A stretch of DNA of 64,000 nucleotides. Source: the human T2T-CHM13v2.0 reference genome, Homo sapiens. The notes beneath the pieces were generated by a model. The model searched no databases. It was given only the letters and a program-made list of their open reading frames with translations, and was not told the origin of the DNA. The position numbers were made by a program, and so were the translations under genes. This document shows, piece by piece, positions 43,844 through 60,391 of the stretch (positions within the stretch are counted from its first letter, which is position 1; each line of letters begins with the position of its first letter). The stretch is from NCBI RefSeq assembly GCF_009914755.1, contig NC_060925.1. One strand, written 5' to 3'.

Positions 43844-43927
43844 CCTCAGTCCCTCTTTCCCTGGCTGACTTTGGCGGTCTAATGACCTCGGTCCCTCTTT
43901 CCTTGGCTGACTTCGGCTGTCTAATGA
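43844..43927. repeat. 42-bp tandem duplication in CD48 intron 3
   Basis: cctc(a/g)gtccctctttcc(c/t)tggctgactt(t/c)ggc(g/t)gtctaatga x2. Confidence 0.9.
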
Positions 43928-44305
43928 AGCCCCTCTAGACAGCTGCTCGCCCACTTGCCCTTCCTTCTCCCTGCTCACCCTGATGTTTCAGTCTACTCTA
44001 TGATGACCCTGGCCTCAGATGTTAGGACTATGCTTTGTTAGAGCGGGAGAGGGAAGAGGAGTATCAGAGATCTCTCCCAAACGTCCTTTGCAGGTGAGAA
44101 CACTGAGCCCCACGAAGTTGAGGTAAGCTGGCTGGGAGGTGGTGGTAGAGCTGGTGGCAGAACCCACGTCTCCCAGCTCTCCCAGACACCTTAGGGATTC
44201 ACCACCACACTGTGCAAGGAGGCTGAGTAGGACCCCCAGCCTTTCTTTGTTCAAAACAACTCCAGTTACCCTGTGCCCCCCTCAGCTCCCAGGGATCCTT
44301 CTTAC

Positions 44306-44572
44306 CCAGGGTACAGGGTGGACTGAGGCAGACCGTGCCATTCTTGCTGCTCACAGAATTGCTGACTTGGCAAGTATAACACCTGGAGTAATTATGTGGC
44401 ATAAGGGTGGTTTCAAGCACACTGTTCTGGAGCTCCTTTGGGAAGGGCCTTTTGTCCCCATACCAGGTGTAGTTTACAGACTCGCCAGGTATCACACATG
44501 ACAGTTTCAGATAACAGTTGTCATCCATGTCTTCTATCTTCTCAATTTTGATGACAGGCTTGGGTACAGGGT
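44306..44572 (-). CDS. CD48: CD48 exon 3, IgC2 domain (267 bp)
   Basis: DPVPKPVIKIEK...CYTCQVSNSVSSKNGTVCLSPPCTL; acceptor tttcag|, donor G|gtaag. Confidence 0.98.
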
Positions 44573-45269
44573 CTGAAAGTGAGGAGGATGTTATAAGATG
44601 AGACAGTGAGGCATTCATGCTGTGAAGGTTTAGCCAACAAAGAACAAAGGGATCCAGGGAAGGGGCCTGAATGCCCCAGGAGGCAGAGTCATGAAGAAGA
44701 AGTTCTACAGAGGGAGCCAGTGAGCAGCCTTGACCTCCTGAGGCCTCACAGACTCACTGCAAGAGCGGCTTCTAGGCAGTGAAGCTAAGCTGCGTCCTGG
44801 AGGGGGCGCCACAGTCCATCATATGCTCTGGGAACAAAATGGGGTTATGATCGTGTGTGAGCCTGAACGAACAGCCCAGAGACTTGCTGGGGTCAGACTT
44901 AGTATATCAACTGCCTGAGATGCTCAGGGACCCTTCTCTAGCAACGGTTCATGGCGGGCACCTTGGCTGGTCTGTCTTTCCAATTATCGGATTCAGCTTC
45001 AGCAAGAGTCCTAAGGTAAGAGGTACCTGTCTGCGCGTGGCAAAGTCCTTTGCACAACCATCCAGTGCAGGTGCCAGCCTTCTAGACTCTGGCAGAGCTA
45101 CAGAGAAGAACTTCATGTAACTTCCAGCCGCATCAATTGTGATAAACAGATTGGTCTGCTAACTTTGGTATCTCCATGTCTAGCACAATCCCTGCCACAT
45201 GGCAGGTATTCTATAAGTATCTCATGAAAGGATGAATGAAGTAGTTATGAGATAGAAAGGATAAAACAC

Positions 45270-45660
45270 AGCCGGGTGCAGCGGCTCACACCTGTAATCT
45301 CAGCAATTTGGGAGGCTGAGGCAGGAGGATTGCTTGCAGCCAGGAGTTAAGAGACCAGCCTGGGCAACATTGAGAGACTCAGTTTCTAAAAAAAAAAAAG
45401 AAAGAAAAGAAAAGAAAAGTAGCCAGGTGTGGTGGTGTGCACTTTTAGTCCCTGCTACTCAGGAGGCTGAGGTAGGAGGATTGCTGGAGCCCAGGAGTTC
45501 CAGGGTGCAATAAACTATGATTATACCACTGCACTCCAGCTTGGGTAAGGAGAAGACCTTCAAAAAAAAAAAAAAAAGAAGAAAGAAAGGAAGAAAGAGA
45601 GAGAGAAGGGAAGAGAAGAGAGGAAAAAGAAAAAGAAGGGAGGGAGGGAGGGAGGGAGGC
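45270..45660 (+). mobile_element. AluJ with GA-rich tail
   Basis: Diverged dimer; flanked by aaaacac. Confidence 0.9.
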
Positions 45661-47990
45661 AAGTAGACACAAAAACACTAGTTTTGGAGTGAGACCAGCC
45701 TGGGTCCTGGACTTGACTCTAGTGGAGTGACATTAGGCAAGGTAGTTAACCCCCTTGCTGTCATCTGTAAACTGACTCTACCTCATCGCGCAATGTTAGT
45801 AAGATAAAACGTCACCTGTCATGGATAATTGCTTTTTGAAGAGTGTAAGTATTGCATACATTCTAGAGGCCATTTTACCATTATTACTGTTGTACTGCTG
45901 CCGGAGAGAATGAGAGATAGTCCCAGCATCTGGTCCTTCCTTGGCTAAGGCCGGTTTACCTGCAATCCTCTGAGATCTTTTCATTCTGGTCAGGGTGAAA
46001 CATCTGCAGAATCAATGCAACTCAAATCCCATAAGATTAAAAATTGGCAGAGAATTGACCAGATCAGAGCTTGCCTCTTGGTTGTATGTGTGGAGAGGCT
46101 CTAGAAGCTCTACCAATCTGGTCTCTAGAACTCTAGTTTTGTCTCCTCTGTGAAGCTGATCTCAGATCGCTAAAAGATTGCTCAGACTACAGAGGTGATA
46201 AAAGTTTCCTGGACTTCCCCTATATGTTTTAATTGAGCAATTTTTATCCTGGTTTTCACCATTTCCTGTGTTCTAGCCTCATATCTTACACTCCTTCTGC
46301 ATTTCCCATGGTGATCAGCACAGCACTGGGCACTTTGCTGATGGAATTAATTGAGCCAGCTTGGGTTGTCCAGCTCCAAGATGCTCGCTTTGAGCTGTCA
46401 GAAATGCTTGGGCTGGACCAGAGGACCATTTTTTCTGCTAATCACTTCCTGGAAATCTTACCCTCAGGCAGGATGTGCTGAAGCCCAAGCCAGTTTGTGG
46501 ATTTTTAAGTACTCAGAAATTTTGCAAGCTTTTTGTGAAACCATTAGTTTATTGAAATCAACTGTGGTAGCAGTATTTAAACCACAGAAATTACAAAGTT
46601 GGTAAATGCTACGCTTTAGGGCTTTTTTTTTTTTTTTTAAATCTTGTAGAGCTTGTTAACCAGAACACCACTGTAAGAGACCTTGAATCTTTTTGTTCCC
46701 AGGACTTTCTGAATTTTCAGCCCATATGACATGGAAGAAGAGTTAGAAGGGGAATCTGACTGCTTGGATCAGGGACTGTCTGGCTGGTGGAACTTGAATG
46801 TATACAACACTCTTCATTTGCATGTTTTGACATTTTAAAAAATGTTTTCACTTTCCTTATCTACTTTGACTCTAATAACATCCTGAAAGGTAAGTAGAAT
46901 TATTCTCATAATATGATGAAGAACCCAAGGCTCTCAAGGGAACACCACTCTTGGATTATTTAGCCCCGCTCTTCTACAAGAATTGCATACCCCAACCCCT
47001 GGAGCCCCTCCCCATATCCATGTTTCTGCCCTATAATCTGATCCTTTCACCAAAAATGTTTAGATCAGGTACACACACCTGAACTAAATTGGGACTATCA
47101 GTTTCTCTCTCTTTAAATTGCCCTGAGAATTGAAACTCAGAGGAGCAAAAGTCTAAGTTTTGAGAGATAACATGTGTAAAATGGCAGGAATCCAAATCCA
47201 TAGGCACAGTCCACAGATTCCTGAAGCTAGGGGTTCTGGCCCGAACCTGGTTTTCAATCTTCTCCCCTTAAGCCCTTCCTAGCTCTTTTAAACTCTTTGA
47301 ATTGCTTTAAATAGCCCTAGTTTCTTAAACTAAATTCTCCTTTTTTGGTAAAGGTACATTGAATTAGTTTCTGTTATTTGCTATCAAAAGAATCTTACCT
47401 AATATGGGCACAGAGATGTGAAGATCTTTTTTCAAGGCTGCACAGCTAGTGAGCAACTGACCAGTTTTGAACCCAAGTCTGTCTGGCTCCAGGTATAATG
47501 CCTGAGTCCTTATTCCATATACACTGGTTAGACTGGAGCTATGAGTGGAAGTTTTTTTGTCCTGCCCATTATGAAAGTTGAAAAATTCTCCTGATAACTC
47601 CTGCCCCATTCTTTATATTAATACATTCTCTTTTTTCTTAAGTCCAATGAAGCCTAATTTCGGAGATATAATCAAGATGAGCTGAGCTGATTTAGGTTGA
47701 TCACAGGACAAAATGAAGGAAATAGGAAAAATCTCTAGTTTTCCTTCTCTTCAAAGCTTAGACTCACTAACTTCAGAAGAGGTGTTAAATGTCCTAAGAT
47801 TGTTAATTTGGATATCTGTTGACCTAGGCTCACTCCCAAATAGAATTGGATCAAGGAAAAATGAATCAAACCTGTCCTGAGGTTTTTCTCTCCTCCTCCC
47901 CGAGAGTGCCCCATGCCTCCCAGGAAGCCCTACAGTGGTCCATCTGGGGCCACTGGAGTGGGGATTTGCTCTTTGGCTCCCCTGACTCAC

Positions 47991-48293
47991 CAAGCACTTG
48001 CAGCTTGATCTTCCATTCTTGCTCATTCCCAGTCTTTTTCAACACCCTCATGATGTAGGTGCTGTTGTCCTCTTTCTGGACCTTAGAGATGTACAGTGCG
48101 CCACTCTGAGGATCAAGTCTGACCCTGCCTTTAAATTTGGATTCAAAGTACTTAGATTTTCTGGAATCCCATTCTACAATCTTCTGGTCGAAAGTATAAA
48201 ACCAGGTTAGTTGTTTGTAGTTCTCAGGCAGGCTCTCAGAGATGTTCAGAGTCACGTTGCTGCCGGAGACCACGGTCATATGTACCAAGTGAC
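47991..48293 (-). CDS. CD48: CD48 exon 2, IgV domain (303 bp)
   Basis: GHLVHMTVVSGSNVTL...EQEWKIKLQVL; acceptor ttggcag|, donor G|gtgagt. Confidence 0.98.
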
Positions 48294-48811
48294 CTGCCAA
48301 TGAGATTCAGAGTGAGACCTGCGCTAGAGGAGGCAGTGTTGCTGACAGGCCCAGGGTATAGCCTGGGCTGGTGGAACAGGTGAGAAGGAAGGGATTTCTG
48401 CTTAGGAGCAGTGAGTATGGTTTTCACTGGAGGTCCAGGTCTCCTGCTTAGGAACTCAAGAAAAGTTGAAGCTTGAAAAGTGGGCATGGGGGAAGGGGAT
48501 GCTGCTTATAATTAATCTAGTACTGTCCCCAGAAAATGAAAGAATTGAGTAAGGCCAACTGAGGTTGGGCCTGGCTCTCTCCCTTACTCTCATACCAGTA
48601 GACTTTCAAATAAACTGATGACAAGTCATATCTCTGCTCTGGTCTTGTGTTTCCTGTCTATTCTCATTTCAGTAAGCATGTTGTTAGTCCCTAGAGGCAT
48701 AGACATAAAAAGTACATGATTCTGTTTAAAAATATTTAATATACCAATGTGGGAGGACAAACACACAAACAAATAATCCTAATATATTATCTTGATGACT
48801 ATAATAAAGGT

Positions 48812-49463
48812 AACGTGGGGACCAAGGGAAAGCTTCCCCTTCACCTTCTGAAGGTTTGCCAAAAATCACTGACAAGAGGCAGATTAAGGAGGAAAGGCAT
48901 ACAGATCAATTTAACGTGTAAGCAGAGCCTTCCTAATGAAGAGCCAAAGATACAGGGCAAATTGTCCATTTTTATGCTTAGGTTCAACAAAGTATGGACA
49001 GTCATGGAGAAATATGATTGGACAAAAAGGGTATGATTGAATGCCAATAGACTGACTGCGGGAAACCCAGCAAGGCCTATCTTTCTAGATTCTGCTTGGC
49101 CTTTCTGTGCCAGATTCTTTCCTTCCTCCCGTGTGTGGGTCAGGCCCTCTCTAGAATGGGGGTCTTATGATTCACAATCAAACAAGATAGGTCAGATAAT
49201 TTCTTTATAGCTATTTTTTTTTTACAGAGAAAGGCTCAAGGAAAGTTAGGGTGGTATATTTAAGTTTTATGGCTGGCTTTGGGGAAAAGGGGTTTTGGCT
49301 TCTATGGCCCACCTTGGGAAAGAGGGATTCCAGTGTCTATGGCTAGCCTAGGGGAGAATGGGACTGATAGACAGGAGGGCAGGAGAAGGTCAGAGAAAAA
49401 CTTTCACTTCTGAGGCTGCTTCTGAGGCCATCATTTTAGGGCATCATTTCCTGACTCCTGACA
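48812..49463 (-). mobile_element. ERV1-class solo LTR (MER39/LTR29-like)
   Basis: Reverse strand TGTC...ggcctcagaagcagcctcagaag...ctctgaccttctcctgccctcctgtct; family from recall. Confidence 0.6.
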
Positions 49464-49659
49464 ATAAACACAGTGTGCTATGGGAATATATTCCTATCCG
49501 GAGGGTAGGGATAGAAAATGGAGAAAATACTAAGAAAAATCTCTTTGGAGGAGATGACCACTAGGGTAAGCCAAAGGGTGATTAAAAGCTAATATTTGTT
49601 AAGAACTATCTGTCAGGCACTATTTGAGACACTTGGGATACATCAATGAACTAAGCAGC

Positions 49660-50729
49660 TATCGGGGAATCTGCCCTGATATTCACATAGGTTCTTTTCT
49701 ATTTTTCCTAAGCATTGGCCAGCTTGAGAAATAAAGGGACAGAGTACAAAAGAGAGAAATTTTAAAGCTGAGCATCTGGGGGAGACATCACATGTCGGTA
49801 GGTTCCGTGATGCCCCACAAGCTACAAAAACCAGCAAGTTTTTATTAGAGATTTTCAAAAGGGGAGGGAGTGTGCAAATAGGTGTGGGTGACAGACATCA
49901 AGTACTTAACGGGGTATTAGAATACCATAAGGCAAGAGGAGGCAGGGCGAGATCACAGGACCACAGGACCGAGGTGAAATTAAAATTGCTAATGAAGTTT
50001 CGGGCACCATTGTCATTGATAACATCTTATCAGGAGACAGGGTTTTGAGATCAACCAGTCTGACCAAAATTTATTAGGCAGGAGTTTTCTCTTCCTAATA
50101 AGCCTGGGAGTGCTATGGGAGACTGGAGTCTATTTCACCTCTGCAGTTTCGACCATAAGAGACAGGAGCACCTGGGGGTGCTGTTTATAAGCCTATACCT
50201 CCAGGCGCGTATTCTCTTTCTCAGGGATGTTCCATGCTGAGAAAAAGAACTCAGCGATATTTCTCCCATTTGCTTTTGAAAGAAGAGAAATATGGCTCTG
50301 TTCTGCCTGGCTCACCGGTGGTCAGAGTTTAAGGTTATCTCTCTAGTTTCCTAAACATTGCTGTTATCTTGTTCTTTTTTCAAGGTGCCCAGATTTCATA
50401 TTGTTTAAACACACGTGTTCTATAATTTGTGCAGTTAATGCAATTATCACATGGTCCTGAGGTGACATACATCCTCCTTGGCTGACAGGATTAAGAGATT
50501 AAAGTAAAGAGAGGCATAGGAAATCACAAGGGTATTGACTGGGGAAGTGATAAGTGTCCATGAAATCTTTACAATTTATGTTTAGAGATTGCAGTAAAGA
50601 CAGGCATAAGAAATTATGAAAGTATTAATTTGGGGAACTAATAAATGTCCATAAAATATTCACAATCCACGTTCTTCTGCCATGGCTTCAGCCGGTCCCT
50701 CCATTTGGGGTCCCTGACTTCCTGCAACA
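49660..50729 (-). mobile_element. 3' LTR of HML-8 provirus (MER11, length fits MER11C)
   Basis: Reverse strand TGTTGCAGGAAGTCAGGGACCCC...CCCCGATA, 1070 bp; polypurine tract at 50730-50746; AATAAA at 49846-49841. Confidence 0.9.
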
Positions 50730-52850
50730 TCTCTCCCTTTCTTTTTATATAAATGTGCCATGGCAATGAAGGCTTGTTCATTCTCTTGATTTTGACACAG
50801 GATTCTTTGAGTGGTCTGGGACACTAAAAACAAGCTGATTAAACACAGAAACATATTCCAAAATTTACTACAGTGGAGCCCCCAGTAGACTTAATCCAAG
50901 TAGTGGGGTTTAATCCATAAAGATTTTCTGCCACCTGATCTAATGCCTCAGCTCCAGGCATGATGGATAAGTGAGCTTGAGAGGCTTCAAAAATTTGTTT
51001 CTTTAATTTAGTTATGTCCAATGATAAATTATCTTCTCTACCTAGAAGGTGTCCTTTGACCATTTCCTATGAATGATCAGTCTCATTATAGGAATACGGG
51101 GTGATGCAGAAATCTGAAGTATTCCAATCGCACTGCATTTGCATGTGATGTTTGAGACTCACTACCTGATCTCCAAGCCAAATAACAGACTGTCTTAAAT
51201 CATTAATTTGACTTGCCAATTTTTGATGGATGCCTTGTTGAGAATTCCACATTTGGGTGGAATTGGCTTGCCAATCATTAACAAAATGAGCCGTTTGAAT
51301 AGATTGATGTAATGCCATTCCATCAGTGGTGGCCATTGCAGTGACTGTAATTAGGCCCGTGATAACAGCGATTAAAGTGAAAACAAATCTCTTAGATCTT
51401 TTTAGAATTTGCTGTAGCACTTCATTAATTAAATGTATTGGGGGGAGGATTCGCAAGGTCTAGGTAAAGTTACTGGAATCCAGATTCCTTCTCAAACTCG
51501 AACCAACATTACACTTTTCCTGGAGTCAAAATGGGAGTTAATACAAGTGTATAGATGACAATTAATGCATTGGAAAGTTTGATTATTTGTCCAAATTTTA
51601 ATATTTCCTACTAACAGCATGTAAGGAGGCTTAACACAACTCTGTATGGGAATAGTCAGGTTGGAGGTAAGTAAAGCAGAATGTCTGGGTCTATGTTGAT
51701 ACTGAGAGAGTGGGACAGTAGTGGGAACAACAGTCAAAATAGTTTTCCCTTCCCATACTCGCAGTCCAGACATGGCAATAGCCAATTTCCAAAGTTCTGG
51801 GTGTTCTGGGCTCAGAATGGGGAGTATCATACGAGGCTTGGGGGGCGGGTAATGCCTTTATCTTCCCATTTTAAGGGAAAGAATGAGCTGATCCTCCTAT
51901 GCAAAGTAGAATGATGATTCTCGTTCTCCTGATAAGAAATAAAATAATTAGCCTCCAGGAATTCCCTTCCACTAGAGGAGCAATTATTTTTTAAATAGCC
52001 CTTTGGTGCCCAGTCTATTACTAAACCATATGAGTCATTTTTTAATATTACTGCATGTGAGTTAACACAATCATCCTAAATTAAAGTTTTAGATGGGCCC
52101 TCAAAATTTTTAGGGCATGGTTTTCCTGCAGGTTTATATTGAAAGTATGGGGTATCTCCCATTACTTCTCCTTTCATTTGTTTTAAAGGAGAAAGGGAGA
52201 GGCCAGAGACTAAATGTCCTATTTTATCTGTAGCTGATGTTTTCGGAAGATAAGCAGCCTAGAATTGAGTTTCTAGGTGGATGCAACCAGGTGCATGTCC
52301 GAGGCACAGAGGGGGTTATTTATAATCTATGGTAACATTAAATGCAGTGCCTTCTTCTCCTGGTTGAGCAGGGCAACGGTCATCTGTGGCTCTAGGCATC
52401 TACACACTATCATTAGTGTAGATTTCTGCAGGAGCATCTATCTAGGTGAGAGGTCGAATAAGTGGAGGAAAAGGCACATAAGCCTAATAAGAATAATTAT
52501 GTGTAGCAGGTAAATCAGTGTGAGAGGAAACTGGTGAGACAGAAAGTATAAGGAGGAGAATCATTAAATAAAACCTAGTGTAAGTGAGATTGAGTGCTGA
52601 AGGAGGAAGAGAAGAACAGAGGGATGTTATTTTCAGGCTAATAGAAATGGTGAGATTTTTAGGTTTGTAAGGAGAAAAAGAAAAGTAATCAGGAGAAGTG
52701 GGATTAGTTAGATGGGTCTCCACTGCCATCAGGGAGGATTGATTTACACCTATTGTGATTTGGTGTGCCTGTTTCTGAGGAGTCAGCAGAGATCTCACCA
52801 CGTCTGAAGGCAATCTCTGACACAGATGTTTTTTGTCTGTGGTTTTAGTT
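50730..52850 (-). pseudogene. HML-8 (HERV-K11) env remnant
   Basis: Fragmented ORFs: SPEHPELWKL, furin site KRSKR, fusion peptide [26 protein letters not shown]; stops and frameshifts. Confidence 0.9.
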
Positions 52851-53882
52851 GTCAGTATTCACCTGAAGCTTGAGTCTTCTGGTGGGTACCTAGACATGGG
52901 ATTGATGATCTCCTGGTGAAACACAAGCATATCCTCTTCCCTACGTTATAATTGTGCCAGGTTCCTAGGTATTGGTTTGAGAGTTTTTCCATAACACTGA
53001 CTTGCCTTCGTTTATGGAAAATTTTTTGCCTGTATAATGGCGTTTGGCTGCAGTTACAGTATTATCTTTAGGAACATTTAAAAAATTTAAAGTAAATAAT
53101 GCCAAATGTAATTGGGAGTGTGGAGTAGTTAAATCATGTTTTGGTTGTTCAGACTGTTTGGACAATTGGGTTTTTAAAGTGCGATTGGCCTGTTCCACCA
53201 CAGCCTGTCCTTGAGGATTGTAAGGGATTCTAGTAATATGGGAAATTCCTTACTGTTGTATAAATGAATCAAAAGCCTTACTAACATATCCAGGGGCATT
53301 GTCTGTCTTTATTTGATATGGAAGCCCCATAACTGCAAAGCAAGAATACAGATGTTTTTAAAAATGGGCCGTGCCTTCCCCTGTTTGTCAAGTAGCCCAG
53401 ATAAAACCTGAGAAGGTATCTACTGAGACATGCACATATGACAGTCTGCCAAAGGAGCTAACATGAGTCACATCCATTTGCCATCAAGCATTAGGAGTTA
53501 GGCCTCTAGGCTTAACACCAGGTTCCTGATTTGGAAGTACGAAGACCTGGCACTGAGGGCAGCTGTGAACAATAAACTTAGCCTGTTTCTAGGTAAGAGC
53601 AAATTTATCTTTTAAGCCAGTGGCATTGACATGAGTGAGATTATGGAACTCCTGAGCTTCTTGGGTCATTAAAGTCACCAAACAGTCAACTTCATGGTTA
53701 CCAGCAGACATGGGTCCTGGTAAAGTGGTATGAGACCTAATATGTGTAATATAGGAAGGGTGTCTACACTGGTGAACCACCTGTTGTAACCTTGAAAATA
53801 AAGAAGCCAATTCAGAATTATCAATATGTTTGATAGTAGCAGTTTCTATATTTTTAGTGGCATGTACAACATAAGCGGAATC
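52850..53882 (-). pseudogene. HML-8 pol remnant, 3' part (RNase H end and integrase)
   Basis: DSAYVVHAT...HIRSHTTLPGP...HNLTH; VEQANRTLK; internal stops. Confidence 0.9.
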
Positions 53883-53888
53883 TGAGAC

Positions 53889-54857
53889 TGTGGGGAAAAG
53901 CAAGAGAGGTCAGATTGTTACTGTGTCTGTATAGAAAGAAGTAGACATAGGAGACTCCATTTTGTTCTGTACTAAGAAAAATTATTCTGCCTTGAGATGC
54001 TGTTAATCTATGACCTTACCCCCAACCCCGTGCTCTCTGAAACATGTGCTGTGTCAAACTCAGGGTTAAATGGATTAAGGGCGGTGCAAGATGTGCTTTG
54101 TTAAACAGATGCTTGAAGGCAGCATGCTCATTAAGAGTCATCACCACTCCCTAATCTCAAGTACCCAGGGACACAAAAACTGCGGAAGCCTGCAGGGGCC
54201 TCTGCCTAGGAAAGCCAGGTATTGTCCAAGGTTTCTCCCCATGTGATAGTCTGAAATATGGCCTCGTGGGAAGGGAAAGACCTGACCGTCCCCCAGCCCG
54301 ACACCCGTAAAGGGTCTGTGCTGAGGAGGATTAGTATAAGAGGAAAGCATGTCTCTTGCAGTTGAGACAAGAGGAAGGCATCTGTTTCCCGCCCATCCCT
54401 GGGCAATGGAATGTCTCGGTATAAAACCCGATTGTACGTTCCACCTACTGAGATAGGGAGAAACCACCTTAGGGCTGGAGGTGGGACATGCAGGCAGCAA
54501 TACTGCTTTGTAAAGCATTGAGATGTTTATGTGTATGCATATCTAAAAGCACAGCATTTAATCCTTTACCTTGTCTATGATGCAAAGACCTTTGTTCACG
54601 TGTTTGTCTGCTCACCCTCTCCCCACTATTGTCTTGTGACCCTGACACATCTCCCTCTAGGAGAAACACCCACGAATGATCAATAAATACTAAGGGGACT
54701 CAGAGGCTGGTGGGATCCTCCATATGCTGAACGTTGGTTCCCCGGGCCCCCTTATTTCTTTCTCTATACTTTGTCTCTGTGTCTTTTTCTTTTCCAAGTC
54801 TCTCATTGCACCTTACGAGAAACACCCACAGGTGTGGAGGGGCAACCCACCCCTTCA
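53889..54857 (+). promoter_or_regulatory. HERV-K18 5' LTR (LTR5)
   Basis: TGTGGGG...CCCTTCA; TATAAAA ~54420; AATAAA ~54682. Confidence 0.97.
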
Positions 54858-54859
54858 TC

Positions 54860-54877
54860 TGGTGCCCAACGTGGAGG
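54860..54877 (+). other. Primer binding site (tRNA-Lys) TGGTGCCCAACGTGGAGG
   Basis: Immediately follows the 5' LTR. Confidence 0.93.
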
Positions 54878-56858
54878 CTTTTCTCTGGGGTGAAGGTACA
54901 CTCGAGCGTGGTCATTGAGGACAAGTCGACAAGAGATCCCGAGTACATCTACAGTCAGCCTTACGGTAAGCCTGTGCACTCGGAAGAAGCTAGGGTGACA
55001 ATGGGGCAAACTAAAACTAAAAGTAAATATGCCTCTTATCTTAGCTTCATTAAAATTCTTTTAAAAAGAGGGGGAGTTAGAGTATCCACCAAAAATCTAA
55101 TCAAGCTATTTCAAACAACAGAACAATTTTGCCCATGGTTTCCAGAACAAGGAAATTTAGATCTAGAAGATTGGAAAAGAATTGGTAAGGAACTAAAACA
55201 AGCAGGTAGGAAGGGTAATATCATTCCACTTACAGTATGGAATGATTGGCCCATTATTAAAGCAGCTTTAGAACCATTTCAAACAGAAGATAGCGTTTCA
55301 GTTTCTGATGCCCCTGGAAGCTGTATAATAGATTGTAATGAAAAGACAAGGAAAAAATCCCAGAAGGAAACGGAAACTTTACATTGCGAATATGTAGCAG
55401 AGCCGTTAATGGCTCAGTCAACGCAAAATGTTGACTATAATCAATTACAGGAGGTGATATATCCTGAAACATTAAAATTAGAAGGAAAAGGTCCAGAATT
55501 AGTGGGGCCATTAGAGTCTAAACCACGAGGGCCAAGTCCTCTTTCAGCAGGTCAGGTGACCGTAACATTACAACCTCAAGCGCAGGTTAGAGAAAATAAG
55601 ACCCAACTGCCAGTAGCTTATCAATACTGGCCACCGGCCGAACTTCAGTATCGGCCACCCCCAGAAAGTCAGTATGGATATCTAGGAATGCCCCCAGCAC
55701 CACAGGGCAGGGAGCCATACCCTCAGCCGCCCACTAGGAGACAATCCTATGGCACCACCTAGTAGACAGGGTAGTGAATTACATGAAATTATTGAGAAGT
55801 CAAGAAAGGAAGGAGATACTGAGGCGTGGCAATTCCCAGTAACGTTAGAACCGATGCCACCTGGAGAAGGAGCCCAAGAGGGAGAGCCTCTCACAGTTGA
55901 GGCCAGATACAAGTCTTTTTAGATAAAAATGCTAAAAGATATGAAAGAGGGAGTAAAACAGTATGGACCCAACTCCCCTTATATGAGGACATTATTAGAT
56001 TCCATTGCTCATGGACATAGACTCATTCCTTATGATTGGGAGATTCTGGCAAAATCATCTCTCTCACCCTCTCAATTTTTACAATTTAAGACTTGGTGAA
56101 TTGATGGGGCACAAGAACAGGTCCGAAGAAATAGGGCTGCCAATCCTCCAGTTAACATAGATGCAGATCAACTATTAGGAACAGGTCAAAATTGGAGCAC
56201 TATTAGTCAACAAGCATTAATGCAAAATGAGGCCATTGAGCAAGTTAGAGCTATCTGCCTTAGAGCCTGGGAAAAAATCCAAGACCCAGGAAGCGCCTGC
56301 TCCACATTTAATACAGTAAGACAAGGTTCAAAAGAGCCCTACCCTGATTTTGTGGCAAGGCTCCAAGATGTTGCTCAAAAGTCAATTGCCAATGAAAAAG
56401 CCCGTAAGGTCATAGTGGAGTTGATGGCATACGAAAACGCCAATCCTGAGTGTCAATCAGCCATTAAGCCATTAAAAGGAAAGGTTCCCGCAGGATCAGA
56501 TGTAATCTCAGAGTATGTAAAAGCCCGTGATGGAATTGGAGGAGCTACGCATAAAGCTATGCTTATGGCCCAAGCAATAACAGGAGTTGTTTTAGGAGGA
56601 CAAGTTAGAACATTTGGAGGAAAATGTTATAATTGTGGTCAAATTGGTCATTTAAAAAAGAATTGCCCAGTCTTAAATAAACAGAATATAACTATTCAAG
56701 CTACTACAACAACAGGTAGAGAGCCACCTGACTTATGTCCAAGATGTAAAAAAGGAAAACATTGGGCTAGTCAATGTCATTCTAAATTTGATAAAAATGG
56801 GCAATCATTGTCGGGAAACTACCAAAAGGGCTAGTCAATGTCGTTCCAAATTTGATAA

Positions 56859-60261
<3,403 letters not shown>

Positions 60262-60391
60262 TGGAAAGATAATTAAAATAAGACATGGGAAATAGGGAAG
60301 CTGATAACGTGGGGGAGAGGTTTTGCTTGTGTTTCACCAGGAGAAAATCAGCTTCCTGTTTGGATACCCACTAGACATTTGAAGTTCTACA

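Noticed and set aside
50500-50690. Internal ~90-bp duplication in the MER11 LTR
   Set aside because: Recalled as intrinsic to the MER11 consensus
54141-54518. ~113-125-aa minus-strand ORFs recurring at 15501, 54141 and 62405
   Set aside because: Recurrence reflects LTR5 homology; no recognisable protein features
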